A DNA stretch of 39,107 nt from a virus. Its lineage: Duplodnaviria > Caudoviricetes. Positions 1-8,986 of the stretch are shown here, one piece after another (within the stretch, counting starts at the first letter, position 1; every line of letters begins with the position of its first letter). Where the stretch lies: the IMG/VR virus record IMGVR_UViG_3300042923_000456, positions 1-39,107 of that record; one strand, given 5' to 3'. The position numbers and the translations under genes were made by a program. The notes beneath the pieces are model-generated. The model saw only the letters and a program-made list of their open reading frames with translations, was not told the origin of the DNA and did no database searches.

Positions 1-127
1 ATCATATCCCTCGCATTTTCCTTCATACTGGTTTGGCATTCCTACCCCTAATGCAATAGCTTCTTTTATCACATTGCAATTTTCTAAAGTCTTTTTCACT
101 ACTATCACTCCTTCGCAATAATTAGCT
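1..127 (+). repeat. 127-bp exact terminal overlap (copy 1)
   Basis: 1..127 is identical to 38981..39107; an ORF reads through the junction. Confidence 0.97.
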
Positions 128-135
128 ATTGCGCA
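112..135. other. dif-like palindromic site A (9-6-9)
   Basis: TTCGCAATA-attagc-TATTGCGCA, overlapping the stop codon of 122..445. Confidence 0.65.
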
Positions 136-445
136 ATTCATATTCTTTATATAATTTAATCCAATCTTCCAAAGTCATTGTCACAAGCCATTCATGTCTA
201 TCTTTTCTATGAAAAACTGTAGGTAAATCATCTTTACTATCACTTTTAGCCTGGCTTATTGCATCGTATAAATTAAGCTTTTCAACTCTTTTGCATTCTA
301 TGTGAATGCCATTCAGACCCACCACATCAGCATCACCGTTCGAGCCGCAATATTGTTGCCCTCGTCTGCAATCATATCCATATTCTTTGAGCTTATTTGA
401 TAGTTCTCTTTCTCCTGCCGCTCCTTTACGTTTTGAATTAGTCAT
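122..445 (-). CDS. Holliday junction resolvase, PD-(D/E)XK Hjc-like
   Basis: SKRKGAAGERE...ADVV...IECK motif pattern. Confidence 0.8.
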   Translation of the reverse strand: MTNSKRKGAAGERELSNKLKEYGYDCRRGQQYCGSNGDADVVGLNGIHIECKRVEKLNLYDAISQAKSDSKDDLPTVFHRKDRHEWLVTMTLEDWIKLYKEYELRNS

Positions 446-810
446 AGATAAAACCTTCCTCCCATCATTCTTTTAATTATTTCTTTCTTTTCAAATTGTT
501 CATTTTTGCATGGTACTTTATGCATCAACTTATTAACCTCGTTCGTAGATATATCTAACAATTCCTTAATTTCGTGTACCGTGTATGATTCATTTGTAAA
601 AAGAAGTTCTAGTTTGAGCTGTAATTCCTGCTTATACTGTAAATCTATTTTTCGATTTTTATGAGGTGAGTCATTTCCTCTATGGTGACATTCGCATAAA
701 TATTTAAAATTTATTGGTATATTCTTCATCCAAGGTGCTGCACTTTTAAATACTATATGATGTAGCTCTGCATTATTTCTTCCGCATATTTCACACTCTA
801 TTCTAATCAC
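442..810 (-). CDS. HNH endonuclease-like protein
   Basis: CEICG...ELHHI...LCECHH...PH; start uncertain (possibly ATA at 801). Confidence 0.75.
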   Translation of the reverse strand: MIRIECEICGRNNAELHHIVFKSAAPWMKNIPINFKYLCECHHRGNDSPHKNRKIDLQYKQELQLKLELLFTNESYTVHEIKELLDISTNEVNKLMHKVPCKNEQFEKKEIIKRMMGGRFYL

Positions 811-920
811 CTCTTTATAATTAATTTAAAGCCTTTCTAATAGCTTTTATTTTGTGTCTATCCAAATGTACTTATTTTATGTTTACGCTTGTCCTGCGCT
901 TTATTGGCTATCATAAAACA

Positions 921-1094
921 CTATCTAAATCGTTTGCCCGAACTATTAACAGAATTAATAATTTTACCTCGCATAGAACCCTGGACAAGAAAGCACATTG
1001 CACCATTAATTTCTCTTTCTTTTTTCTTCTCTCGCTCTATCTTTCTTTTTTGTAGAGCATCATAAGTTAATCGAGCTTTCTCTTTATTTGTCAT
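921..1094 (-). CDS. Hypothetical basic protein, 57 aa
   Basis: Manually translated MTNKEKARLTY...; ATGA overlap with upstream gene. Confidence 0.6.
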   Translation of the reverse strand: MTNKEKARLTYDALQKRKIEREKKKEREINGAMCFLVQGSMRGKIINSVNSSGKRFR

Positions 1095-1351
1095 ATTTTA
1101 TCTAACGTAGATTTTACTATCTCAATTGCTTCTTTAAAGCTTTTGCCTTCCTCGTAAAGTTTAATTACTTTTCCTATTGCTACTTTAAGAGAATTAGATT
1201 CTTTCATAAAATACACAGCTTCTTTTTTAAGATCATTATTTTCTATTGCAAGTTCATCATTTACTTGTTTACTTTTTTCTAACTCACGATATGCATTAGC
1301 CGAATCTGGAAGATAATCACCTATCGGTTCTGCCTTATAATTTTTAATCAT
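1091..1351 (-). CDS. Hypothetical protein
   Basis: ORF in operon with SD. Confidence 0.7.
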   Translation of the reverse strand: MIKNYKAEPIGDYLPDSANAYRELEKSKQVNDELAIENNDLKKEAVYFMKESNSLKVAIGKVIKLYEEGKSFKEAIEIVKSTLDKI

Positions 1352-1939
1352 TTAAATATTCACGCTCCTTCTACCTTTTTTAATATTGTAAACTTCTTGT
1401 CTTATGCTATTTCTTGAATGTCCAATAACTTTAGCAATTTCACTGTATGATTTTCCATCTAGGCGCATTTCCATAGCCTTTATTCTGCTTTCTGTAGTCC
1501 ATTTTGTGGTAACTATATCCCCTTCTATTTCCATAGCTTCTTTGATGTTATAAACAGTTGTCCCAGTGCATCCTGCTTCTTTTGCTATATAATCAGCCTT
1601 AAACCCTTCTTTTAGCATTTTGATTATCAATTCAACATTAACAATTCGTCTGCTTACAACTGGTTTTGTTAAATTATACTTTTCAACGATTGTATAGTAA
1701 TGCATCTTAACTGCGTTGACTGTCCTATTGAGCTGTGCTGCAATCTTTTTATAACTAAGTCCGCTATCTCGTAACATTACAAGTTTTTTAGATTCTTCAT
1801 CAGTCCATCTTTCTTTTTGTGAAACTTCTCTTTCTGCATACATTCTTATAGATCCTAAAGGACAACCAGTGACTCTAGATATATAAACAAACTTTTCGCC
1901 ATCTTCTAATAATTTTTTTACTAATTCTCTATTTACCAA
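1352..1939 (-). CDS. Multi-HTH / Myb-like repeat DNA-binding protein
   Basis: Two WT-x-E...G-SY--IA--L/I-R/H repeats alternating with short HTH units. Confidence 0.65.
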   Translation of the reverse strand: MVNRELVKKLLEDGEKFVYISRVTGCPLGSIRMYAEREVSQKERWTDEESKKLVMLRDSGLSYKKIAAQLNRTVNAVKMHYYTIVEKYNLTKPVVSRRIVNVELIIKMLKEGFKADYIAKEAGCTGTTVYNIKEAMEIEGDIVTTKWTTESRIKAMEMRLDGKSYSEIAKVIGHSRNSIRQEVYNIKKGRRSVNI

Positions 1940-1945
1940 TTTTAA

Positions 1946-2737
1946 TCACCTCAATCTATAATTATTTTTAATGTTTTCTTCTATCTCAGCTGTGTAATCT
2001 TTGCACATTTCTATAATTCTACTGCCTACAGCTTCGTCAAAGTCCATTAACCTGTCCGCTGTATATTCGCTAGAAACTATAAGCGGTAAGTAATTTAAGT
2101 ACCTGTAATTAATAATCTCAAACATTATGTTTATATCAGATTCATTTACCTTCCCATTTTTCATAGCTCCCTTAAACAAATCATCTATTAACAAAACTTC
2201 ACATAATTGATATTTTCTAATTTTCTTGTTGTAGTATTCTTCATCTATCATATTCTGCTTAAATAATGTCAAAGTATCTCTGTAGGGCATATAGACCACT
2301 TCTATACCCTTCTTGATGAAATTCATCGCTAGAGCTATGCATAAATGTGTTTTGCCGCTGCCTACTTGTCCTATAAGTGCTATAGAATTTCTTCTAGTTG
2401 TTCTAACATTATTAAACTCTTTATAATATTTACTTGCCATTTCTTTCGCAAGTTTAGATCCTTGATTCCAAACTTCAAAGGTGCTAAATGTCTGCCTTGC
2501 TTGTTCAATGTTTATGCCTGATAACTTCAATATCTTTTCAGCCTTATCAACTTTCTGGCAAGAACATCTAGTCATTAAGTCCTGTGCATCTTCTCTGTGC
2601 GTTATTATCATTCCAGTATCTCGGCATTTATCGCACTTATAAGAGGTCTGAATAATCGGCTTCTCCTTCAAGTTTTGGTTTTGGAGCTTTGTATCCCTCG
2701 AACTTGCTATTAACTCCTGGAGCATTTTTAAATCCAT
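1946..2737 (-). CDS. DnaC/IstB-like helicase loader ATPase
   Basis: CDKCRDTG...CSC zinc site, Walker A GQVGSGKT, Walker B LLIDDLFK, SRIIEM. Confidence 0.92.
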   Translation of the reverse strand: MDLKMLQELIASSRDTKLQNQNLKEKPIIQTSYKCDKCRDTGMIITHREDAQDLMTRCSCQKVDKAEKILKLSGINIEQARQTFSTFEVWNQGSKLAKEMASKYYKEFNNVRTTRRNSIALIGQVGSGKTHLCIALAMNFIKKGIEVVYMPYRDTLTLFKQNMIDEEYYNKKIRKYQLCEVLLIDDLFKGAMKNGKVNESDINIMFEIINYRYLNYLPLIVSSEYTADRLMDFDEAVGSRIIEMCKDYTAEIEENIKNNYRLR

Positions 2738-3428
2738 CCTTATCCCCTTTCATTTGCAAATACAGCTTATCGTATTGTTCTCTTAATTTAGCAGGACTTA
2801 ATATATTCTTGTACCAAAAATTATCATGTTGGCACCATTTAATAACGGTTTTAACTTCTTCAAGTTCTCTTTTATCAATCCTTAATATCTTGTCAAATAC
2901 TTTGCACCATGATTGTATATTAGGTTCTTTTGCCTTATCATTATTAGCTTTCATGTGTTTAAAAAGATATTCGGAGAGTCTGTACTCGTCAGAGTCAGAC
3001 ATATATATATTATTACTCTTACCTATACTATCCTTACCTAACCTAACCTGTGGATACCGTTGGTATGACATGTTGTCTACCGTTGGTATGACATTTTCAT
3101 ATACATTATTATTCTCTACAAGCTGCTGTTTCTCTTCATTGTAGATAGTTTTAGCATATCTATCGTTGCGTATATAATTGTGTACCCTCCAATGTTTTAT
3201 AACACATATCCCACTCTCAAAAGGTATAATAAAGTTCTTAGCTATTAACAATTTTAAATCATCATCACTACAACCAACCATCTTTTGTATTTTCTTTGGT
3301 GAAGCTACAAATCCGTCATCATCTGCCCTCATGTTTAAATCGTAATAGAGCAATCTTGTTGTCATTGGCATATCTAAAAATAAATCAGTATCTACAATTT
3401 TCAAAGAAAACATTCTTCGTTGTGCCAT
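2637..3428 (-). CDS. Phage replication initiator (replisome organizer)
   Basis: MAQRRMFS...FLDMP...ADDDGF N-terminus; FWYKNILSPAKLREQYDKL C-terminus; adjacent to loader. Confidence 0.88.
   Translation of the reverse strand: MAQRRMFSLKIVDTDLFLDMPMTTRLLYYDLNMRADDDGFVASPKKIQKMVGCSDDDLKLLIAKNFIIPFESGICVIKHWRVHNYIRNDRYAKTIYNEEKQQLVENNNVYENVIPTVDNMSYQRYPQVRLGKDSIGKSNNIYMSDSDEYRLSEYLFKHMKANNDKAKEPNIQSWCKVFDKILRIDKRELEEVKTVIKWCQHDNFWYKNILSPAKLREQYDKLYLQMKGDKDGFKNAPGVNSKFEGYKAPKPKLEGEADYSDLL
3018..3094. repeat. Probable replication origin iterons within the initiator gene
   Basis: 17-bp direct repeat TACCGTTGGTATGACAT at 3055-3071 and 3078-3094, plus short ACCTA repeats and an adjacent AT run. Confidence 0.65.
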
Positions 3429-3440
3429 TTAATCACCTTC

Positions 3441-3617
3441 TCATTCCATTTCTTTAAGTCGTGACTTTTTAAATGATAAATACCAGTACAATGTAGAAAT
3501 CATATCTGTTAATTCTTCTAAACTCTCAGCATCCATCGAATCAATATCTAACCCTGTAATCTCCATTCTTTCATTTTTTGTTTTCTTGATCTGAATAGTT
3601 TCTCCTACTTTAAACAC
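3441..3617 (-). CDS. Hypothetical protein, 58 aa
   Basis: GTG start after AGGTGA SD; MFKVGETIQI... Confidence 0.65.
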   Translation of the reverse strand: MFKVGETIQIKKTKNERMEITGLDIDSMDAESLEELTDMISTLYWYLSFKKSRLKEME

Positions 3618-3647
3618 TTAATCACCTTCTCAAATTTAAATTTTTCA

Positions 3648-4016
3648 TCACCATTCAGTAGAACATATCTCAAAAGGTTCTTTTGTAACTGATTCAAGAC
3701 CATAACTATTAATCATACAACTAATAACTGCTCTAAAGGATTCCTTTACAAATAAGTCGCCACCCCGTTTGATTATAGAAAAACTTGTTTCAACGTGATT
3801 ACTCATATTACTAAGCTGCTCTATAATTTCAGATATTGTTGTTTCTGAATACATTGTATTTTTATCTAAGTCACATTCTTTCACTTCTAAATCTTCTTCA
3901 TCTAGTCCAGTAGTTTCTGTATACCAAGCAACGGCATTTTCTATATTCATAGCACAAACCCAGCTATAATCATCCATTTTAAATACTTTTGGAAAATTTT
4001 CATCTTTTTTTAACAT
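3648..4016 (-). CDS. Hypothetical acidic protein
   Basis: ORF with SD. Confidence 0.7.
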   Translation of the reverse strand: MLKKDENFPKVFKMDDYSWVCAMNIENAVAWYTETTGLDEEDLEVKECDLDKNTMYSETTISEIIEQLSNMSNHVETSFSIIKRGGDLFVKESFRAVISCMINSYGLESVTKEPFEICSTEW

Positions 4017-4346
4017 TTAATCACCCTCTCGCTCGTTAAGTCTTATAATACCCTCTATAATATCTAAGGTTAAATACTCCTTAGGTATGTCTAGTTCTAC
4101 ACTTTCATAACCAAATCCACCGCTTTTTAGCTTTATGTCCTCTTTTTTAACAATAAATGCTGCTTGATTAATCTTTAATCCAGATATTAAACCAAGTCCC
4201 TTTTCGTCTATTTGCTGAACTTGAAAGTATCTTTCATTCTCTTCGCCAACTATAATAAAAGTATTTTTAGAACTATCTTCAGCGCAAGTCAATTTATATA
4301 AATTCGAACTTTCTTTTACTTCATATAGTTTAAATTCTAATAACAT
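4017..4346 (-). CDS. Hypothetical protein
   Basis: ORF abutting neighbours. Confidence 0.7.
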   Translation of the reverse strand: MLLEFKLYEVKESSNLYKLTCAEDSSKNTFIIVGEENERYFQVQQIDEKGLGLISGLKINQAAFIVKKEDIKLKSGGFGYESVELDIPKEYLTLDIIEGIIRLNEREGD

Positions 4347-4858
4347 TTATTTACCTTCCTTTATCTCAAATGCTTTTAATATGTCTCCTGTTTCAATAAC
4401 CTGGTTGTGTTCTTTTATTGGAAGTAACAATCCTACAAATTCTTTTCCGTAATATACCCTAAGTGTTGGTATAGCATCATCTGGATTCGCTCTATAAGTT
4501 ACATCTTTGAATATTTCTAAATATTTTTTGTTGTAAAGGCAATATTTGTCGCCAATTTTAAACACTCTTGCTAAATAATTTACGCCTACATCTTTTAAAA
4601 ACTTTGTTTCTTCGGCTTCAATTTCTTTCTCAACTTCTATTAATTTTGAAAAGTTGTGCGTTTCTTTAGAATTAAATTCTCTATAGCTTTCTATAGCTTT
4701 AACCTTAAATAATTTTGAAATCACATCATGATGCCCATAGCTAAGATTAACTAAAAACATACCATTGCAGTATTGGAACTTATCTTCAAATACATTAACT
4801 ACATTTCTTCCGTGCAAAGTAATGAAGCTGCATAACTTTTTTCATTTATATAATCCAT
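4347..4858 (-). CDS. Hypothetical protein, probably frameshifted near its 5' end
   Basis: ORF 4347..4817 lacks an SD; ATG at 4858 joins it if the A6 run (4837-4842) is read as A7. Confidence 0.5.
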
Positions 4859-4876
4859 TTTTATACCGTCTTTCTT

Positions 4877-4978
4877 TTAATAAACCGCAAAATATATCAA
4901 TCCTAAGATTGTAAAAACAACCGTACTAAACAATGTTGCTAGTAAATATTCAATTATATTTCTTAAAATGTTACTCAT
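4877..4978 (-). CDS. Small membrane peptide, 33 aa
   Basis: MSNILRNIIEYLLATLFSTVVFTILGLIYFAVY with AGGAG SD. Confidence 0.6.
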   Translation of the reverse strand: MSNILRNIIEYLLATLFSTVVFTILGLIYFAVY

Positions 4979-5028
4979 TTTTTATTCTCCTAGTATAAAT
5001 TTTGATATTCTGAGCATAATATATAGTG

Positions 5029-5769
5029 TTAATATTTTTTCTGACATGTAAAACATAATGGCTTTTTAAATTTTCCAACAGAATAGTCGTGTATCTTTTG
5101 AGTTATGTCGCATTTGCAATCAATACATTTTAAAATATCATCTGTAGCGTTATTTGAAGCCGTAGGCGTTTGATTTGTTTGCTGACGTGTATTTGTATTC
5201 CCTTTATTTTTATCTTCTACAAAGTCGTTTAAATCAGTTTTGGGGGTAATGCCCATTTTAAATCTGCTTACTTTTTTATTATCTATAATTTCTAGCGCAT
5301 TAATTTCTCTTTGATCGTTGTAACCTATATTTTTAACTTGGAACTTTAGAAAAGAATTTACATTTACTTTATTATCTTTTTCATAGTACTCACCAGTTTG
5401 TAAATCAATCCAGATAAAAGGTGAGGTATACAACTCTCTGCCTATTCCTATATTAAATCCAGCTCTTTTAAAACTGTCTGAAGCTTGACCTTTTTCCTTT
5501 TCAGCGTTGCTTTCCACTCCTACATCTTGTTTTCTTACCCAAGTTTTTTTATCATCATCCCATATATCAATATTGCAAAATAGATTCCCGTTTATAACTT
5601 CGTGTGTTCTCTGCCATCCTCTTACTCCGTATTCTTCATCAAGTATTTTCATATCTACTCTTGCATCTTTATATAGCAGCAGAATACAGCCTACTGAACC
5701 ATTTGCTGTTTTTTTAGTACTTTGTACTCTGCACTCTATTTCATCAGCTCTTAACACTCTAATGCTCAT
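5029..5769 (-). CDS. Sak/Rad52-like single-strand annealing protein with C-terminal zinc finger
   Basis: LLYKDARVDM..LDE..G..GWQ, KGQASDSFKRA..GIGRELY; CxxC...CxxC tail. Confidence 0.82.
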   Translation of the reverse strand: MSIRVLRADEIECRVQSTKKTANGSVGCILLLYKDARVDMKILDEEYGVRGWQRTHEVINGNLFCNIDIWDDDKKTWVRKQDVGVESNAEKEKGQASDSFKRAGFNIGIGRELYTSPFIWIDLQTGEYYEKDNKVNVNSFLKFQVKNIGYNDQREINALEIIDNKKVSRFKMGITPKTDLNDFVEDKNKGNTNTRQQTNQTPTASNNATDDILKCIDCKCDITQKIHDYSVGKFKKPLCFTCQKKY

Positions 5770-5911
5770 TCAATAACCTCCTAAGTTCCAATTCCATTTC
5801 TATTATTTTCTTTTTACCTTCTTCTACACACCTAGAAGGTGCAACAGTTATATAACTTTTTTCTTTCTCTATTCCTAGCTTAAGTTCTTCTATCTTCTCC
5901 TTTACTGTCAT
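5759..5911 (-). CDS. Hypothetical protein, 50 aa
   Basis: Manually translated MTVKEKIEELKL...; fills the gap between neighbours. Confidence 0.5.
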   Translation of the reverse strand: MTVKEKIEELKLGIEKEKSYITVAPSRCVEEGKKKIIEMELELRRLLNEH

Positions 5912-6122
5912 TATTCTTATATTCATCTAAAATCCTCCTCGCTAAATCCTTTGGAGCTGATGGAATAAATTTTATCTTGTCTACTTCTTGCATATTGTAG
6001 TTAATATTTATATAATGTTGTAGACTACTACTATGATGCTGCAAGGTTAAATTCTTTTTATTTAAGAGTAAGATTTTACCCCTGCGGCATGAACCATCTT
6101 TAAAAATTACTTGACAGAGCAT
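5880..6122 (-). CDS. Hypothetical protein
   Basis: Start moved to ATG after GGAGG SD. Confidence 0.6.
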   Translation of the reverse strand: MLCQVIFKDGSCRRGKILLLNKKNLTLQHHSSSLQHYININYNMQEVDKIKFIPSAPKDLARRILDEYKNNDSKGEDRRT

Positions 6123-6123
6123 T

Positions 6124-6336
6124 TCAATCAAACCCCTCCATATCTCTATAATCAATCTCTATAACTATTTCTTTTAATGCTATTTTTTGTAGCTCCTGTC
6201 CTCTTTCTTCTGTAAGTTCATAAAACCTACAGCCTAACCCTATTGCTAAATTTCTGTACTTCTCAATTTCTTCTTTAATGTCACTGCTGAATATTCCGAC
6301 ATTGTTATTGCTATCAACAATTTTGAAATATCTCAT
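6124..6336 (-). CDS. Hypothetical protein
   Basis: ORF with AGGTGA SD. Confidence 0.65.
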   Translation of the reverse strand: MRYFKIVDSNNNVGIFSSDIKEEIEKYRNLAIGLGCRFYELTEERGQELQKIALKEIVIEIDYRDMEGFD

Positions 6337-6344
6337 GATGTCAC

Positions 6345-6542
6345 CTATTTAAACTTTCCAAGGGTTATTTCTTTCTCTGCTTCTTCATTCTTCTTTACAA
6401 GTTCTACAAACGCTTTATTCCTTTTGTATAGTAATACTACTGTTGCTACGCTTGCGACTGCTATAGATGCTGTAAGACCACTAATAGCCGCCATTGTCCA
6501 AACACCTACGATAGCTATATTTGTTGCTGTTTTATTTCTCAT
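6345..6542 (-). CDS. Small membrane protein
   Basis: Hydrophobic N-terminal half. Confidence 0.65.
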   Translation of the reverse strand: MRNKTATNIAIVGVWTMAAISGLTASIAVASVATVVLLYKRNKAFVELVKKNEEAEKEITLGKFK

Positions 6543-6712
6543 TATTTCTTACCCCCAAACTTAAATCTCGTTTTATAGCACTCATGGCAGCTTTTAGAAG
6601 TATAAATATGACCTTTTAACCATTTTCTAAAAAGCATACATTTGTATTTCTCTTGTCCAAATCTTTTGCTTCTAATAGGGAGACAATATTTGCAAAAGTT
6701 GCAATATCTCAT
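6542..6712 (-). CDS. Cys-rich hypothetical protein, 56 aa
   Basis: MRYCNFCKYC...KC...CHEC; coupled to both neighbours. Confidence 0.6.
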   Translation of the reverse strand: MRYCNFCKYCLPIRSKRFGQEKYKCMLFRKWLKGHIYTSKSCHECYKTRFKFGGKK

Positions 6713-6996
6713 TTCTTACACCTCCCAGCTTTAACAATATCCTTAAGAAACTTTCTGAATATGTGACTAAACTTTCTATTTTCTTTAACATACTCGTCTA
6801 TATCTTCTTTGTAAGCTTTCATTTGCTTGCTGATTAAAAATTGTGCATATGGTTCAACTTCATCACTGTTGTAGTGTTCGGATAGCTTTAAAGCTAATCT
6901 ATCCACTGCATCGTTATTCACTTCATTATCCTTTGTAAATACAGCCTTTTTATCTTCATCTGTTTCAATAGTCCATTTGGTGTACATAACTTTCAT
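6709..6996 (-). CDS. Hypothetical protein
   Basis: ORF with AGGAG SD. Confidence 0.7.
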   Translation of the reverse strand: MKVMYTKWTIETDEDKKAVFTKDNEVNNDAVDRLALKLSEHYNSDEVEPYAQFLISKQMKAYKEDIDEYVKENRKFSHIFRKFLKDIVKAGRCKK

Positions 6997-7051
6997 TAAT
7001 AATTCAACTCCTTTTTATTGGGTATGTAGTAGCTATATTTACACTATTTAA

Positions 7052-7303
7052 TTATTCTGCTGCTTCTGTTGCGTTAGCTCTTTCCAATATTTCAATGTCC
7101 TCTATCTCTCTAAATTCAATGTCAATGTCGTTATTCTCTCTTTCAAGAGTAAGCGTATTAAAAAAGCATGATTCAAGCTCTCCTATTAATACTTCTCCGG
7201 TTTGAAGAGTAACTTTTATTCTGTCTCCTTCTTCGATAGTCATTGGGTAATCTCCACCGTTGTTAACTTCTATTTTATTTATTGTTTTTATATCTTTAAT
7301 CAT
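7052..7303 (-). CDS. Hypothetical protein (possible Sm/SH3-like fold)
   Basis: EGDRIKVTLQTGEVLIGEL pattern. Confidence 0.6.
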   Translation of the reverse strand: MIKDIKTINKIEVNNGGDYPMTIEEGDRIKVTLQTGEVLIGELESCFFNTLTLERENNDIDIEFREIEDIEILERANATEAAE

Positions 7304-7305
7304 CT

Positions 7306-8001
7306 TTACACACTCCTTATTATAATTTGATTATTATTTAGTTCTATTTCACTTTTTAATATTATTGGAACTCTATACCCTTCTATTATTTCTTTTGCTG
7401 TATTCAATTGACTTCTCTTAATTGCTTCGTATCTCTCAACTCCAAACTCTCTTTTAAGCTGATGTTGAATGTCCAAATACACTTTAGTTCGTATTGAGTT
7501 GTTTTTATAAGCCGGTGTACCGTGTCCGCCTAATACTTTAATGCCTGTCCTTCTCACTAATGACTGAAGTTCTTTACATTCGATATTGAAAAGAGGTAAA
7601 TTACTTTCTAGATCATTTATTTTAGTTTCTAGTGTCTGCTGTTTAGCATCTAAGGAAAATATTGCTTGCAGCTCTTTAGATAAGTTAGGAAATGTATTAA
7701 TCTTTTTCTCACATTCAATAAAGTAATTTCTATATTCATGTGATTTTTCTGTCCTTGCCATCATTGCTATGTGTTTTGCAAAGTCTAGAGATATTGCAAA
7801 ATCTTGTATTTCGTTACCCTCGTCATTATGACGAACCCCCACCCAGTCAGTACCAATCTCAAAGAAATCATTTTTTTCAATATTTGTCGGGTACCACCTG
7901 GACCAGTTTGTTTTATTCAATCCTAATCCTAAGTACAATTCTCTAGCACTTACTAATTTTTTACCTTCATCGCTTTCAGTTATCTTTATCAAATCATCCA
8001 T
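7306..8001 (-). CDS. AntA/AntB antirepressor with ORF6C domain
   Basis: VSARELY...SLDFAKHIAM...RNYFIECEK; LKREFGVERYEAIKR. Confidence 0.88.
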   Translation of the reverse strand: MDDLIKITESDEGKKLVSARELYLGLGLNKTNWSRWYPTNIEKNDFFEIGTDWVGVRHNDEGNEIQDFAISLDFAKHIAMMARTEKSHEYRNYFIECEKKINTFPNLSKELQAIFSLDAKQQTLETKINDLESNLPLFNIECKELQSLVRRTGIKVLGGHGTPAYKNNSIRTKVYLDIQHQLKREFGVERYEAIKRSQLNTAKEIIEGYRVPIILKSEIELNNNQIIIRSV

Positions 8002-8008
8002 TTAAAAA

Positions 8009-8360
8009 CCCTCCATCCTTAAATTAGCTTTCATCTACCTTTATGCTTTTGTTTTTTAAAATGCTAGTTATCATCCAATCATATCCATAAAATCCTTTTG
8101 AGCATTTTCTTATCTTTTGTGCTTCTTTTGAGTCTATTTTTTCTAGACAAACGCTAGCAACCCAACCGTCACCAAAATTGTAGATAAATCCTCCTATTTT
8201 AAGCAATTCTTCTGCTAACATTTTTCTTTCTTTACTTGTAAATTTAACTATTCTTGCGTATAAATCTTTTTCACCTGTCCATTTGTTGTTCCAACTACCA
8301 ACACTCGGCATATTCAATTCAAATTTTATTAACATCTTAACCCCTCCATCCTTAAATTAG
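8009..8360. repeat. 19-bp direct repeat flanking gene 8024..8335
   Basis: CCCTCCATCCTTAAATTAG at 8009-8027 and 8342-8360. Confidence 0.9.
8024..8335 (-). CDS. Hypothetical protein
   Basis: ORF with SD, between direct repeats. Confidence 0.75.
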   Translation of the reverse strand: MLIKFELNMPSVGSWNNKWTGEKDLYARIVKFTSKERKMLAEELLKIGGFIYNFGDGWVASVCLEKIDSKEAQKIRKCSKGFYGYDWMITSILKNKSIKVDES

Positions 8361-8554
8361 TTCTTTAGTAATTCTGATACGTTAGTTTCTAATGCTGTTG
8401 CAAGTCTATTTAAGTATTCTAGAGAAGGATTTTCTTTTTTACCATTCTCTAAGTCGCAGATATATCCGACTGCTACATCAGCTCTTTCTGATAAATCTGA
8501 TATTGTGTAATTCATTTGCTTCCTATATTTAGCCAAGTTTTGTGCTAGTGACAT
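8357..8554 (-). CDS. Cro-like XRE HTH regulator
   Basis: TISDLSERADVAVGYICDLENGKKENPS; divergent from repressor. Confidence 0.88.
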   Translation of the reverse strand: MSLAQNLAKYRKQMNYTISDLSERADVAVGYICDLENGKKENPSLEYLNRLATALETNVSELLKN

Positions 8555-8574
8555 ATTTTCTCTCCTTTCTGATA

Positions 8575-8627
8575 AAATAAAAAAGCCAGCGAGTACGCCG
8601 ACTAATCGGGCATACTAACTGGCTTTT
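8575..8627 (-). terminator. Long hairpin plus U-tract (attenuator) upstream of cro-like gene
   Basis: AAAAGCCAG...CTGGCTTTT with paired inner stem, followed by T run on the - strand. Confidence 0.75.
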
Positions 8628-8835
8628 GGGTTCTGACCTCTGTCCTTAACGGCACTGGGTTCCGACCTCCAAGCTCTGTGTTATTAACTTTATTAATTAC
8701 TTCAACTTCTTGTTTACAATTAGGACATTTTAAATAAACACCCTCAATATTTTTATCAGTATCAATCATACAAAGTTTCTTACCGCATACTGGACACTTG
8801 AACCATTCTTTCATAATCTGATCACATTCATTCAA
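8602..8835 (-). CDS. Mu Com-like / Cys-rich KTR-like zinc-ribbon protein
   Basis: WFKCPVCGKKL...LKCPNCKQE. Confidence 0.72.
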   Translation of the reverse strand: MNECDQIMKEWFKCPVCGKKLCMIDTDKNIEGVYLKCPNCKQEVEVINKVNNTELGGRNPVPLRTEVRTQKPVSMPD

Positions 8836-8986
8836 ATCATTCCTCTCTAATTTTGTTGGATATGTATATGTAATATGGACTCACTATCATTCCCCCCCTT
8901 TGTGCATTGCTACCTATTTATATATTAATTTTCAACTGCTATTCATTTTTACCCCCTCAAATGTTATTGCAATTCCGTAATATTTA

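Noticed and set aside
5009-5036. Second canonical dif-like site (TCTGAGCATAA-TATATA-GTGTTAATATT)
   Set aside because: Only one arm and the spacer match; the other arm is out of register. Could be a relic but is not supportable.
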